DNA of 64,000 nt from Aplysia californica (GCF_000002075.1 NW_004797328.1:1823241-1887240); one strand, 5' to 3'. Numbered from the stretch's first letter, positions 29,701 to 44,800 are shown. Notes: generated by a model from the sequence alone, not told the origin. Made by a program: numbers and translations.

Positions 29701-32700
29701 AAAATGGTTAGTTAATCTGACTGCAAAAATGATTTCTCCACCCAAAAACACATTGAGTAGCCAAGTTTCTTTCTAACACTCCATTTAATTACTAAGATAT
29801 CGTTGATTTTCTGACAGCATCTGCTTCTGCGTGGTCCACTTTAAGGAGTGTTTTCCTACATGTGGGTCATTCATATTTTGGCGACCTTTACAATCACATG
29901 ACTTTTTTATTTATAAACCAATTCTTAAAATTCAAAAAGCATAATTCTTAGAATTGAAAACTCTTTCTTAGGTATCAAGTAGAAAAAGGATAAAGCTAAA
30001 AATAAAATTTTCATTGGCATTGCCAACTTAGACACTTCCATTGGGCAATGGGAGCGCAGTCTTTTGACTTTTGACACTATTACTGTCTTGGAAGGTAATT
30101 CTAGTTCAAATTCCGGTACGTAAAATCCCCTAATGGCAGTTATAATTGTAACCTCCTCACACTCACATTAGCTCACTTAGAAGCCGAGTTCGAATTAAAA
30201 AAAAAAAAATTTTACGAACCCGAGTCCGAATAGATAAAACCCATATTCGAACTCGAGTCCGAATAGAGATAAAATATCTAATCTGACTCGAGTCCAAATA
30301 GAGCTGGCGTAAGTTTAGAGCCCCAGAACAAAACTTGCGAGTTTTGTTTCAAATCAGGGCTGAGCAGGCAAAGCATTTTCTGTCTGAGACAGGTAAAACC
30401 CTCGGAAGGGAATGGATTTTTCTTTCTGTTTCCGCGTTGGGCAGGTTTCTGTTTTATACAGGTACCTAAAGAGGACTATATCCAGGTGGAGCAGGGAGAT
30501 TCTGTTTGAAACAGGTTTCCATTAAGGCAGGTTTGACTACTTTTTGTCGCTTGTGTGCAGTGGTGATAGGTAAATCAAAGTGTAGGTGGGTCTGAGGGTA
30601 ATTTTTTTTACTTTTGGTTTAGACCCACGCACAGATGTACTGTTTTCAGGGCTGAATTGACATTAGTTTTGCCTCAGAACACACATACATATGGCTACTA
30701 AAACCCTCACTAATGAATTGTCTTCAACAAAGTATCAAACCTAGGTGCAAAACATTAAATTATGGTGAAATACAGGGGATCGTCCCCCTCCCCCCGAGAC
30801 TGAACACCCCCCCCCCCCCCCCCCCACGTCGTCTTAATACTAAGTCAAATATTACTCTGCAGTAGGTTATATTGTAATATAGTTCGTATAAAAACATCCC
30901 CATACCTCTCATAAATTAATTATTTGCGATTGGTTTAAAGTCAAAATTTATGTAAAGTAAAAAAAAATATGAACAAGAAAAGTGCTTTGGAAAATCTGAG
31001 CAAGAGACAGGTCCATTAGTAAAATTATACCGGGCTCAGAAATTATGTTAATTTTAGGTCAAAGGTAAGATTTCCTCGGTGCACACGAAACCTCAGAGAT
31101 TTTTCGCAATTATCCGAGAAGGCTAGGTGTAGATTTTATCTACCATAAGATCTGGGGTGTGGGTGAAAGGCTGCAGAAAGAGTCAGGAGCCGAGAGGAGT
31201 GGGCAAAAGGGAGAGGGGGAGGGGGCCGAAAGTGAAGATGAAAGCAGGTGACAGAATCTGGTTAGAGACCCGGAAAGGGGGTGAAAGGAAATTTACATCC
31301 CCTCTAGACCATGAGAGCCCCCGAAAACTATCTTAATTTGTTTTAATAGCAAGAGAAAGAAAAAAACGCTCTTGAAGAAAAAGAAAACTGCCTCTGATTT
31401 GTCTGAATAGTTTTTATTTGATCGATATTTTGAAATGGCAATGTCTGGGGGCTGGAGGTAAAGCAATATTTTTTGCTCCCAATTTGTAATGAAACCATCT
31501 ATTGCAATGCGTGGGTGACTGACTTAGTCCATTAGGTGAAAAAAAGTATCACACATGACTTCACCAAATTTTTAACCAATCGAAACAAGTGGTCTACTGT
31601 TGGCTCGCCATTTCCTGTAGCTTGTAACCGAAAAACACAGGTGATATCGATCGATAAAGCGCATCCCGTAAATACACAGGATTAGGCCAGCGGGGCATCC
31701 CATAAATACACGAGAATAGGCTCAAGTGAGTTAAACACGAATTTCAACTTGTTCAAACCAAGGTTCACATTCGTTTTCATGGCAACAAATTCTACAGATT
31801 GTCTGAGAGAAATGTGATTGAGCTTGTTTCAAAGCTGGTCGACTTCCGGCTCATAGATGTCTTGTACACAGCTGACGGGAAAACTTACCTGACACATCAG
31901 CAGTTGGGAAAGGAGATCAAAGATGAATTGATCATCCGTGGTGGTAAGTGATGTTGTTTGTAAGGAAGACAAGAATTGTTCATTTTTACAGATTAAAAAT
32001 CTATCCTGAAAATGATAAGTAGGATCTGAAATCAAGTTTCTCTATTTTAAGTCTCTTTATATTCCCTCAGTATCTGTCTGTCTGTCTCTATTCTTTTATT
32101 TACCTCTGCAGTGCATGTGCTTTGAATTTGAAATAAAATCTTTTTTGAATTTGTGCATTTTTGCATCTTCTTATTTCTCTTCAACAGATAGATTTGTTTC
32201 ATTTGTCACTTTAGATACTTTCTATGATGATTCTCTCATTGTGTTGTAAGTTTAAGTGCTTAGATTTTATAACTTTACTTAACCCCTTCAATGCTGCAGG
32301 TAAAGAGGCCCCTGTGCCAGGGGAAATCCCATGAACCAAGGCAGCTCAGGGATGACCCCACTCTACATCCTATAAATTTTTTATTTATGAATATTTCCTC
32401 ATGAGTTTCTTCATGTACATTCTACATTGAACCACATTTCTATTTTATTATAATATGATTAGGGGGGAATTTCATTTCGAAATAGATGGAGAATAGTTTG
32501 AGTTAGTAGTAACGTGATTCCAAAAACAACACCACCAAACAACATAAACAACACACATTCGAGTAATGATTAACTGCGACCTAAAAAGGGGAATACATGT
32601 TGTGTGAGTGATTGCAGGTAAAGAAGAAGTGACAAGATGCTTTTCCTACCTTATACAACACTGGTACAATCCACATACATGGAAGATCATCTGTGTTTAC

Positions 32701-35700
32701 TGCCAGTAAATCATTTTTGTTTGGTAGATATGCTAGATCTAGATCTAGATCTAATCTTCTCTTCGATTTCAAATCTGAATCTGACGCTTTGCTTTCAAAT
32801 AGGTGGAAAAATGAAGGTTATCATAAAGGGAAGGTACCCCTTTAATAATTACAAGATTTTAGCAGCAACTTCCCTTATAATGTGTTTATATCAAAACAAC
32901 CACTGTCACAGTCCTGTAAATTCTACGGGCCATAGGCGCAGCGCTACAAGGCTCAGGCCCATAAATTCTACGGGCGCTGCTGTGAAGAGGTTAAACCCTT
33001 TAATGAAAGTTTAAAATGTTTGAGCTGTGACCTCTGTTTTTCAGGTCGCATCAACCTGGTGGAGTTGCAGCAGCTGCTGAATGTAGACTACAGCCACATT
33101 GAGGCCAAGGTCAATGACATGGTCAAGCATGACCATCACCTGGTCTTGGTCCTGGGTCAGCTCATTGACAGCTCGTACCGCACGCGGTTATCAGAGGAGA
33201 TTAATGACCTTCTGCAGGAGAAAGGTCATGTGACCATAATTGAATTGACGAAGACTCACGATTTACCTGCAGAGTTTCTCCGAGAGGTATGAGTATAATT
33301 ATTTTGGATTTTTTGGTCTCTTTATCATCTTTGGTGCTCACTATTCAAAAAATCTTTTTGTGTTGTGCAGTGAAGGTTCAATGCAACATTTTAGTGTATG
33401 TTATAAAAATTCATCAAGTTTTAGTGCAGAACCTCTGAAGTAAATTTGGTTGTTGTTAACAATTGTGGAAAAGTTTATGACATCTGGAAGTACTGTTGAA
33501 ATGTGAGGTTCAAAATTCTCCTCAAGATCATAGCTGCAGGTTAGGCAATGCTTGTGACCAGGTCAGAGGCAATGTTTCGTGTTTTTCTAAATTAAACATT
33601 TATAAGGAGGGGGGGGGGGATATATCCAAATTAGTTTTAGCACATTTGAACGTTCTCTTACAGCCCCATGTCTAAGACAACCACTTTTCTCCACCACAAT
33701 GTATGTGTTGGGCAATTTTGACTGTATTGTGCATTTATATCTGTTGTATGATGTCATCAGGTGATTGAGGAGAATCTTGGAAAGAAGATAAAGGGCCAGA
33801 TCGACAGCTATGACAGGGATGTCGTCTTCACCGAGGTCTTTGTGAGGAGAAAGAGAGCTGAAATCCGTGGAGCCTTATCCGCTGTGACAGTGTAGGTTCT
33901 TGTTTGGATATACAAATAGCAATCACAGTGGTCTTTGAACTGTGCTAGGGCCATAGTAATTGGTCAATTTCTTCTGTTCAATTCTTTCAAAAAGAGCTGT
34001 TATGAGTGGAATGATGCTTATTTATCTTCGCTCGTTAACATCTCAATATGTTTTTCTTCACTCGTTAATGTGTCGAAATGCTTCTCTTCACTTGTTCATT
34101 TGTCAGTATGCTCAAACTAAACTGTTTTAATTTGGAAATGTTGTCTCAGGAAAATTTTGAGCTGTCAGAGGTGAGCTTTGAGAATCACAATCTGTCGGAC
34201 GGGACGCAGAATAAAGAAGACAAAACTGAAAAAATCTGACTTGATGAGGAAACCTGTAATTACAAATAAAATCGAACCTGTTCTAATGTCGAAGAAAATC
34301 ACCTGTACAACCGGTCACTTCTCAACTCCCCCTTGCAATTTTTCTATCTTGTATAGACCCTGTCTAAGTTGTCCACCTGTCTAAGACAACCACTTTTCTC
34401 CTCGACAATGGGTGGCCGTCTTGGACAATTTCAACTGTTATTGTTTTCTCAGAGTAAACTTGGCCCAAATTCTGGTGCTCATTCTATCTCAACGTCAACA
34501 TAAATTTTTGTCAGTTTGCACAGTCCTGTGTGAATGTTCAGTATTATCATCCGTTTTTTCATCCGTTTTTTCTTTTTCAATCATAACTCAGGCCCACTAC
34601 CTTGGGACCAGTGAGGCAAGCTGTAGGCTGTCAGGAGCATCTTTTCCACAGTGAGTACAGTTTACGTAGATGTCACTCATTTCTGCCTCCAGAGAGAGAG
34701 AGATTCCAGTAGCAAGCAGGTGTAGGGATGAGCCAAGTTTTTGGTCAAGAGAGACACTTGTTACTAAAGAAAAATGCAAGTGCAAGTTATAAATGAAAAC
34801 ATAATGATATCGTTTGTCACAAATAGTAATCACTGAGGATATGTAGATTGCATACTGCACCTGTAATAAGCATAAGTGATACAGCTTCTTTCAAGTTTAA
34901 GTCAATGTACCGTTTTTGTGAGGCAAGGTTTGTGTTGGTTTTGTTTTCCATTATTTGTTTGTATCATCTTGTAAAGGAACCTGCAATATGTTGTTTGTAA
35001 AAGAATAAATGTGCTGCTATGTAAGAGTTGACTTCCATAATGCATTTTACTTTTTGCCCCAAAGCTAATTTAAGTGTTCAGGGATCTCATAGCAGTAGTC
35101 GACTCACCTTTCGTTTCCACTTGTTTTCAGCTATCCTGGAAGAGTTGCTTTCTAGTGGTCGGCTGGCAGGTGGTGTTATGGGCAGTAGACAAGACAAGTC
35201 ACAGTTCCTCCCAGATATCTACACCCGAGCACAGCACGAATGGGTCGACTCCTTTTACAGACAGAATGGTTATCTAGGTAGGAACACATGAGATATGTTT
35301 ATTTCTGGAAAAATATTGACACGATCGGTCACGTTCAGTATACAGTTGAACATGCTCTAACAGCCCCTTATCCTAGACAATCAATCACCTGTACAAACAA
35401 CCGCTTCCCACGACACCCCCCACCCCACCCTATGCTATTTTTAAATATGATAATGACACAGTCCAAGATGCCCACCTGTGTTAGTCAACAACTTTTCTAC
35501 TTTTCTCCTTGACTGTCTTGGACAATTATGACTGTATTTGAATGGTGGAGAGACATTACATTTTACAGGAGAATACATTGTTCAAAGTTGTAACTCATTG
35601 ATTTATTTGAATAAATATTTCCCTCCGTATAAGCTAAAAGCAACAGGAAGAGAATCAGATCCTGAGAACAAGCCAGTTTGTGATTTTTCTTTTCTGGCCA

Positions 35701-38700
35701 CACCATTTTCATCCTGTGCTTGTGTGTATTTTTGGCCATGATAGAAGGAGTGTCTCATTATATTTTTTATTGCTTAACTCTAGATTTTTTTGACATTAAC
35801 TGGATGAAGAAGAAAGTTTTTGGACTGGGGGGGTGGGGGGTGCCACCAAGAAATACAGCGTGTTGTTGTGGTTTTGAAGAAGTGTTTATATTTCTAAATG
35901 GTCCAAACAAATATCCTCCCCATACAGGTTGTAGTGTATCAATACTTTAACATGCTTCTGGTGTTTGGGGAGCATGTGGAATTTTTCCCTTATTGTTGAT
36001 CTTCATGCATTTGTCTGGTTGGACTTCAGTGAAAACTTCAATGTTCTTACCAGGATAGCAGATGAATAAAGGAGCCAGTCATTCCTCCTCTCCAATCTTC
36101 GTCCATGATAAATGTTTTTAAAGGCCATTGTTTTCTTTCTTCTCACAACCCTTTTCCATTCAACATTCTGAACATTTGACCACTTACTGAGAAAGAGTAT
36201 TCAGACATATTTGATTTGTTTCTTTTGTCAATGTTGTTACATGAAGCTGATGCAGATCTGTAAAACAAAGTCGTTTTTTTTTTTTAGACAATGAATTATC
36301 TTGGCAGTTCGTTAGTGTTTGATCACTTAATTGGCGACTTAGTAAAAAGATTCTTTTCTTTTACATCTTGATTTTCTCCCGTCTTCATTTAAAGTTTTAT
36401 TTTTGTTGATAGATAACATGACTGTGTATTCTGTATCATTCAGAATATGTGGCTACGTAAACGTTTGGGTTTTTTTGCGGACAGATTACGACGCAATCGC
36501 CCGCCTGGGTATCTCAGACCCAAAGAGCTATGTGAAGAAACGGTTCAAGTCGGAGACAATGGTGTTCCTGTCATCCTGCTGTGTGGGTCCCGCCATCTCA
36601 GAGCAGGTTCAGTACAGTTTGGACGAGGCTCTTGGTCTGGGCACGTATGTGGATGTGGCGGTAAGTGAATGTGTTACTAGTTTGTAATACCAAAGTTACA
36701 GATGTATCCAATGATGGGAAGGAGAGAAGGTTTCTCTGTTGTTTCATTGGGTCGGATAGGTTTGAATTGTCATGTATACCTACCGTTGCATGGTTAAGGT
36801 TAGGATAGTCTTTTATGTTTACCATTTTATGGGTAAGGTTAGGATTCTCTTGTATGTCTACCATTATATGGATAAGGTTAGGATTCTTTTGTATGTCAAC
36901 CATTGTATGGGTAAGGGTAGGATAGTCTTGTTTGTCTACCATTGTATTGTTAGGGTTAGGTTAGTCTTGTAAGCCTACCATTAAATGTTGTGTAATTTTA
37001 TTTTTTTTCCTCAATCTTCTGCTGCATAACATTTTAACAAAAAGAAGAATCAGCGATTGTTCCTTAAAATAGGGTATTTAAGTAACACATTTTTCCATTA
37101 AATTAAATCTTCATCTGAGAAGGAATTTCATTCTTTTTCAAGAGTGGTTTGTAGGCGCTCTGGTGGGGTTTGCGACTTCTTTCCTTGCAAACACCTATTT
37201 TGTCCTTATCTGTCCTCCTCTATTCTTCGACACTTATATATATATGACCCATTTGTGTTGGAAGTGCCATAAAACTCTTACTTAAACTAAACTTATTGTT
37301 CTCTTTCTTCTTTTAAACATGTATGTGACAGTGCCTGACATGTTTTGTTTCACTTCAGTCGGCACCTGGCATGTTTTGTTTTCCTACAGTCGGTCCTGCC
37401 TTCAGTCCTGAGCAGGAAAGATGTGTCAGAGCTGGTGACCAGCTGCCTCAAGTCAAGGTCCGGTGCCATCGTGTGTGACATGACCATTGTGGCCAGCGAG
37501 TCACTAGTGGCTGACAGCGCTCTGCTCTTCTCTGACATCATGGCCCAGAAAGCAGAGAAGGTTTGTGAAGGGCAGGCCAAGGCTTTGCCTGGGACAAGAT
37601 GCTGTCTTAATGTTGTTGTTCTTGTTGTCATTGTTATTGTTGTTGTTGCTATTGTTGTTAGAGTAGGATTTTGCTAGAATAATCAATGTGATATAGATCA
37701 ATGAGGAAAAAGTTTAGAGGCTGATTCACACATCAGAGCTTAGTGGTCGAAGGTTGTTATGCAATAAGCTGTCCCCATCGTTTTATGCAAGAAAAATTCT
37801 GAAATTATGCAAACTGAGGCCAAAAATGTGAAATGATGCGAATGTGTTAATTTTAACAAAGAATGATAATGGAAAATAATCAGAAATTTTGAAAAAAACT
37901 ATCAAATTTTGCTAAATTATGCGGGGTGCATAAAACCAGGGGGACAGAATAAGCATGCTTGAGGGATGTTTGTGTTGCTCCTGTTTTTGGCCTTGTGTTA
38001 TGCCGTGCTGTTGGTTCCTTTGAGGCTTTTGATTCTCCACTGTTAGATAATGGATGAAAACCCAGACCTGACTTATTAGAGCGTCGTATTGTCTTGAAGA
38101 TGACCGTTGGTAAAAATGCCAAGGCCACTCAGCAATTTGAATACATTATAATGATATGTGAGCAATAGACTTTCCACTAATAGCAGGCTGCAATATAATC
38201 CTCAAGGGTTCACCAGATGTAAAAATGAAAATTTTAAACCATTCCATGGGCATTGTTGTCAAGTCATTGGAACTTTCTAACTTAAGGGTACAACAAAACT
38301 GTCAAATACAAATTCTTGATGTGTACTGATATATTTTTTAAAGATTATAGTATTGAGTGTTCATATATATATATATATATACATTATTGTCTTCAGTACA
38401 TATATTTGACAAGGCACTCTATTAGATTAGGGATGCACACATGCTATACCCTTTGTGCCATACATGGACATGCCAACTGACGGGCACTGACCTCTGGTTT
38501 TCTGACTTGTCCTTTCACAGACCGTCTTGTCTCACCCGACCTTGATCTCAGGGGAGGCAACAGGTGGTGCAGGAGACAAATCCAACTCACACAAAGTAGC
38601 AGGTATTGACGACGGAAGCTCGGCTCGGGAGGACAAGAAGGAACAGCGCAGGAAAAAGGCAGCAAGTCAGTTCTGGCAGATGTAACTGTTTTTTGCTTGA

Positions 38701-38766
38701 GCTGTGTGTGTAGCTGGTGGCACAAAACACTCAACCCATGCTCCTCCCCCAACACACGCCCGCACG

Positions 38767-38838
<72 letters not shown>

Positions 38839-41800
38839 AACGCACATCCCCTCTTCTTTTTATTAAAGTTTGGCTGCCTTTGTAACACTGATGACTGTCC
38901 TGTAGAGAATTCTGTCAGTGAGAACAGTCCGAGGTATCTGGACTGTTAGCTGATGGATAGTCAAAAGCCACATTGTCAGCAAGCTATTCAAAACTCCGAA
39001 GTGGGTTTTTTAACATTTTTAATGCAGTTGCTTAATCTCGGGCAGAGGTTGCATGAGGTCATGAAATATTTTGTAAAAATACAAATTGCTAATGTTGGAA
39101 AAAGGAAAGGATGTCATAAACCCAGGGTCTGTGTTATTCACATTGTCGAAGTATGCCAAGCCGTGGTTAGCTGTGTAGCATGTCTGGACGTTTTTTCTTC
39201 CTGACCGACACGTGACCGCAAGGCAACATTTATGGAGACATTTACGATGTTCACCTTAGATGTACTGAGTACATGTACACGTTTGCTTGTAAAGACCTTC
39301 AGCCCACGTTGGCCCAGGCAGGGTCCTAAAGTATCTAAACTGTTTCAGTTGCTTGTGTAAAATTTCAACATTTCCATTTCCTGTCCCCACCTGCCACCTT
39401 GGCGGTCAAGGTGCTGGAACCACCAAGAAGGAAGGGACCGGGGGTCGTGAGGTCAAGATGAAGTCCACCAAGAAGAAAGGTCGAGGTCGGGACATTGACG
39501 ACGGGTCGGATGAGGACATGGCTGCACCTGCTCAAGGCAGCAAAGGAAAGCAGCAGGAGTTACAGTTCCTGAGTGTAGCAGAAATTACCAAGGTGACAGT
39601 TGAATGTGATAAGATTCTTGTCATTTTTTTGTGCCAGATCTGGAGCAGAGATCGCAGTTCATCATTCATTTCTCTGTTCTCATGCTCAAAAAATGGAGAA
39701 AAAAATCTACATTGTTGTAGTCTGATGATGTAGTAGAATGATGATTTTTCTTTTCTTTAAATGTAAGTGTTTTTGTGCCCTTATTTGCACAATTTAGATC
39801 ATAAAGGAGGCGTGCTTTGACCCTGCCTGTCAGGGCAATGCAGGCTGAGAGGGATACAACATCCCCGGAGAAAGACTGAGATACTCAGTTGAAATTCTCC
39901 TCATTTGGGAACCAAACCGTTGTCTTCTGTGTGTGACGGCAAAGGACCTAATGGTTACATCACTGACACCGCAAATAAAGACAGAAGTGACTGTTCATAG
40001 AAGAGAAATGAATCTTTATAACTCTTATTGTAGGTCAATGAAGCTGCTCAGTTCAAATTTTCAACATTTGAAAGGAATAATTTAAGAAACGGCGACTCCT
40101 TACAACAGAACCGTTACTGAGTTCAAAATCATTTTGTTGGGTTATTTAAAACACAATTAATTTCTTTTTGTAGGGAAAGGTGTTGCAGAAATATAAAAGC
40201 TGCCTGAATGAAGTTCAGGTTTTTGTCTGTAGTAAAAAGAATTATGATGATAAAGAACATTTATATAGTGCCTATCCCTGCTCAACAGCAAGCTCAAAGC
40301 TCTTTACAATCTACATAATATTTCGTTACTTCAGCAGACCCTAGAAAACCCCAAACCATCCTCTACTTCCCAGGAAGCATACATAGTAATGATAAATAAA
40401 AATTGCAGACAGAAATGGCAGTAGACCGATAAGTGATTCACAATGTAGGCCGCTGTGCCAGTCACTACCACCACTCTGTATGGAACAATTTGTCCCCCAT
40501 CATCAGGTTCTGAGGGAGCAGGAAAGACTGAAGGACTGTCCGGAGGAGTTGTTGACGGAGGTTGCCTCACGGTTACACAGGTCAGTTGCACTGTCGAAAT
40601 TGTTCAAGACAACCTTCTTGTCTTGTTGTCGGGGAGATAAGTGGTTGACTTAGACATGTGGACGTCTTGGACAGTGTCATTGTGATGTTGTTTTTTTTAA
40701 TGCAGGCGGGTAAGTGGGAAGTGGTAGTTTGGACAGGTGAATATTTTGGACAGGTGGCCGTTTGAGCAAATTTGACTGTGTATATCAATACTGTTGTATG
40801 AGAACATGCACAAGTTATTTATCATTGCTTGAAAACTGATTATGTTTGAGCTTTGAAAAAAAGTTTTAGGGGATTTGTAGTTAAGGAACACATTGTGCAA
40901 TGCTGCATGTCTACTGTAATTTTACTTTGGAAACAAATGAAATATCCTGCAAAAATTGATCACAAATTCTGAACAAATGATTTATATAGACCCGAGTTTT
41001 TTATACTTAGGCGCTGATTTAGCTGGATTTTTAGTGGCAGGTGGAGGGGGGTATGGCAACTGTTCTCAGTGATGTCATATCTTGTTCACTTTCACCTGAC
41101 CACCTTTTCAAAAATCTAGCTCATTAATGCCCACGAAACTTTGCATACCACTTCTGCAGGCCGGCGACTAAACAAAAAATTTTTTTTTTTTAATCTTGAT
41201 CCAGTAATAAAAAAGTTTTTCTCTTTAGGCCGTATATTAAAAATCGCTCTTTGAATGCATGCACAGGACCACTAGAATAAATAACTTACAGTAACCTTGC
41301 TAACAAAATACTCATTTGAGACAAGGACACTACCATGCCTCCTCATTTCTGTCGTTTCTATCAAAAGAAAACGTGTCGAAACTTCGTTAACAGTGACTTT
41401 CATGAATGGGCTTTTAGATTCTGCTGGTCATCCAACTTTTAGACCCGTATGCAAAGTTCTGAGAAGATTAAACAGAGCGATTTCATTTTATCTTGTTTTA
41501 ACAACGGTCGAACGAAAGTGAACAAGCTATAGTTTACTCTGTTTATGAGTGATTTTGTCTGTCAGGCCTATTTATTGAGCCAGTCATGGCTGATCTATTC
41601 ACTGCAAACTTTTGTGTACCGACAACTTACAAACATTTTTGTCAAACTGCTCAAGTTTAATGAGACTTAGTTTTTTCACATCCATTGTGTTCATTCAATG
41701 TTGCCTGGCAACCTGTTTGTCTTATTGGTACTTCTTTGTCCTTCCTTCCATCTGTCTCACTAATGTGTTTTTGTTTGTCATTCTTTCCATCTGTCAGTCA

Positions 41801-44800
41801 ATCTTATTGACATTTCTTTGTCTTTCCTTCAATCTGTCTGTCTTATTGATATTTCTTTATCTTTCCTTTCATCTTGTCTGTCAGTCTTAATGACATTTCT
41901 TTGTCTTTCCTTCCATCCATTTGACTAACTGATATTTCTTTATCTTTCCATCCAGACCTCTCCAGAAACAGTACCAGGAAGTTGCTAAATCCATCTTTTT
42001 GAAGACGTCTGGAGCGGAGAAGAAGAAAACAGCTGGAGAAATACAAGACAAGGTCAACGGCCTGTGGACCAATGCCAGGCTATTTGAGAAAGGACTCAAA
42101 TTGTTTGAAGGTAGGAAATTGGCATCTCACAGTCTGATATGTGGTGAAATAAGACAGATTACAGCAGGGTATGATTGATTTATTGTTTATGAGTATTCCA
42201 AATTTAACACAGCTGTTTGGAAAGGATTGTTCCAATATTTACGAGAAATATTTTGTTTTAATCGGGCAGTGCTCCAGTATGTGAACATTGTTTCACAAGT
42301 ACAGTTGTCTGTGGCGTAGTGTTTAGGCACTTTCCGTAGCACGCAGAACACTAAAGTATCTCAGTCTTTCTGCAGGGATATCTCCCTCTCAACCCAGGTG
42401 GACCATGACAGGCAAGGTTGAAGCCCACCTTTTGCATGCTCTTAATTTTGTCAAAGGGAATATTAAAAACTAGAGGAAAAAAAATGTCTCACAAGTGTTG
42501 GACTTACGTCCTGCCACCCCCACCACCCCTGTAAGATCTTGTTAAAGAGCGGAACTTACATTGTAGAGAGAGAGAAGAGATAAATGACTGGTATTAAAAT
42601 GTTGTTGAGAGAAAACTATAATATAATGGCACATGAAAGGGTCAGGTTAGGTAGGGCTCTCTGAGATGGGTGGGAAGGAGGATAGCAATTGACGGGAAAT
42701 TCCCATTGCCAGCCGGTTTTTAATTTACTGTTGTGCTGACAAGCCATCATCTCTCTTGGTTTTTTAACCACTGGCATTTATCTCGGTGTGAAGTCAACTT
42801 TTGTATTCTTTTATGAGAATGGACAGTAGATTAATTTTATGATCTGTTGTAGCCAGTTGCTTGTATAATCTCATTATTATGGGAACAGCTGTCATTGTTA
42901 GTGGCTGGTACCCTAAAGAAAATGTTTGATCCCTCAGAACCAGCACAAGGACAGCTGACCAAGCACTTGCTGAAGACTGTGGGTTCAGATCTGGCCAACA
43001 CTGTGGTCGTTGCCCTGGCCAGCGACAGTTTGCTCAATGTGGCAAACAACGAAGAGGAGCAACTCACACCGGAGGTGATAACTCGCTACCTTAGAAATAC
43101 AAAGTTCTATCTGACATTTCTAGCCTTTTTGAGTTACTAGTAGACCATGAGATCAAAAACCAAATGTTCTATGTGCTCTGTCAAAACAGTGAGATTATTC
43201 GGAGTCGTTATCAAGATATTCAAAGAATAGCATTTGAAAAAGCTTGACATGTTGTGAAACTCAAAATTATTAACGTCTAATTTCTCAGAACTAGGGATTT
43301 AGTAGGTAGAACTTTGTAATTCAAGGGTAGCGTACTGTCTGTAGATTTTGCTCATTGTCCTTAAATTGTTTGTGTCTTTCCTTGAGGGCTTGAGGGTTAT
43401 GTTTTTCCTCAATTAAATCTTTGTCGGAATTCAGTGCTGTTTAGAGAGCTGTTCACTTCTTGAGTCCTGGTCCTTTGAGCCTCACAAGGAGTGTGCATCT
43501 GTTACACTTGTACTAAGACGCCCACTTTCTTCCAGGCTCCGAGAAAGGTGGGGAGGCGAGTTGTTACACTTTTACTGAGACACCTGCTTTTTCCCAACTT
43601 CGGGGGNNNNNNNNNNNNNNNNNNNNNNNNNNNNNNNNNNNNNNNNNNNNNNNNNNNNNNNNNNNNNNNNNNNNNNNNNNNNNNNNNNNNNNNNNNNNNN
43701 NNNNNNNNNNNNNNNNNNNNNNNNNNNNNNNNNNNNNNNNNNNNNNNNNNNNNNNNNNNNNNNNNNNNNNNNNNNNNGTGCTCGAGCGGCCATTTTGAAT
43801 TGGGTTTGTTGACTAATTCAATTGTTCAGATCGTGTGGATTCATTCAAGTCCGACTCACTTGTAATAGAATCTAGATCTAGATCTAGATTTATATAGATC
43901 CTCAATGGAGGATTCATATTCCAATTCTATTGTGTCAAACCCTATCATAGGTTGTGCTGTAATATTAATGTTGGTTAAAAGCATTTCATCAGGTGCGTGA
44001 ATTATAAATTTAGAATCTAGAGAGATATCTACACTAGCTACACTAGATCTAGACTCAGCTGAGTCCCTCTGTTCGGAAGCGGATGCGGATTTCTAGTTCA
44101 AGGCCTATTCCTATTCATTTGTTCTACAAGATCTAGATCTAGATTTATTTAGATTACTAGATCTATATATGGAGGATTCATATTTCAATTCTATTGTGTT
44201 ATTGTATCAAACCCAATTATAGCAATGGAGATGTAGGCCATATTATGCTCCTTGTTTGTTTTGGAGTGTAGTTTTTTAAATTTTTAAATTTTTTCATTTT
44301 GGACATGTGCTGGCCTTTTTACATGAGAACCGTTGCAGGTTCTTTTTTGGGGTAGGCCTAGGGGTAGGGTTACGGTCAGGTCTCTTCTGTGTTTGTTGGG
44401 GTGGTCGCTCGTTACTCGGAAGTCCTTCCTTATGACACCCACAAAAGCTCTTATTTGGGGTGGGGTGGGGGGTGCGCAAAATTTTCAAACAATCTGGTTG
44501 AGGCTCACATGCAAGTCTACTCTTAGGAAGGTCGGTAATGAGGGATTTTATACTTGTACTAAGACATCCGCTATTTCCCAGGCTCAGAAGTGGGGTTGGG
44601 AGAGGGTTGGAGGGTGTAAAACAGGTACTAATAAACCCTCTATTTCCCAGGCTCGGCTTCGACTGATCGGACAATTGCCCAAAGAGCTGCAGGAGGCGTT
44701 GAGTCGTCTGCACGGTCTGCTCAGCGGCCAGAGCCTGGAGGATTTCTTCTCTCAGCTCGAGACGCTCTGCGGGCCCGCCCACTTGGGCATCCTGCTGAAA

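Noticed and set aside
36598-36985. Repetitive ORF and regularly spaced repeats resembling a CRISPR array
   Set aside because: Tandem 39-bp minisatellite without unique spacers, inside a eukaryotic intron.
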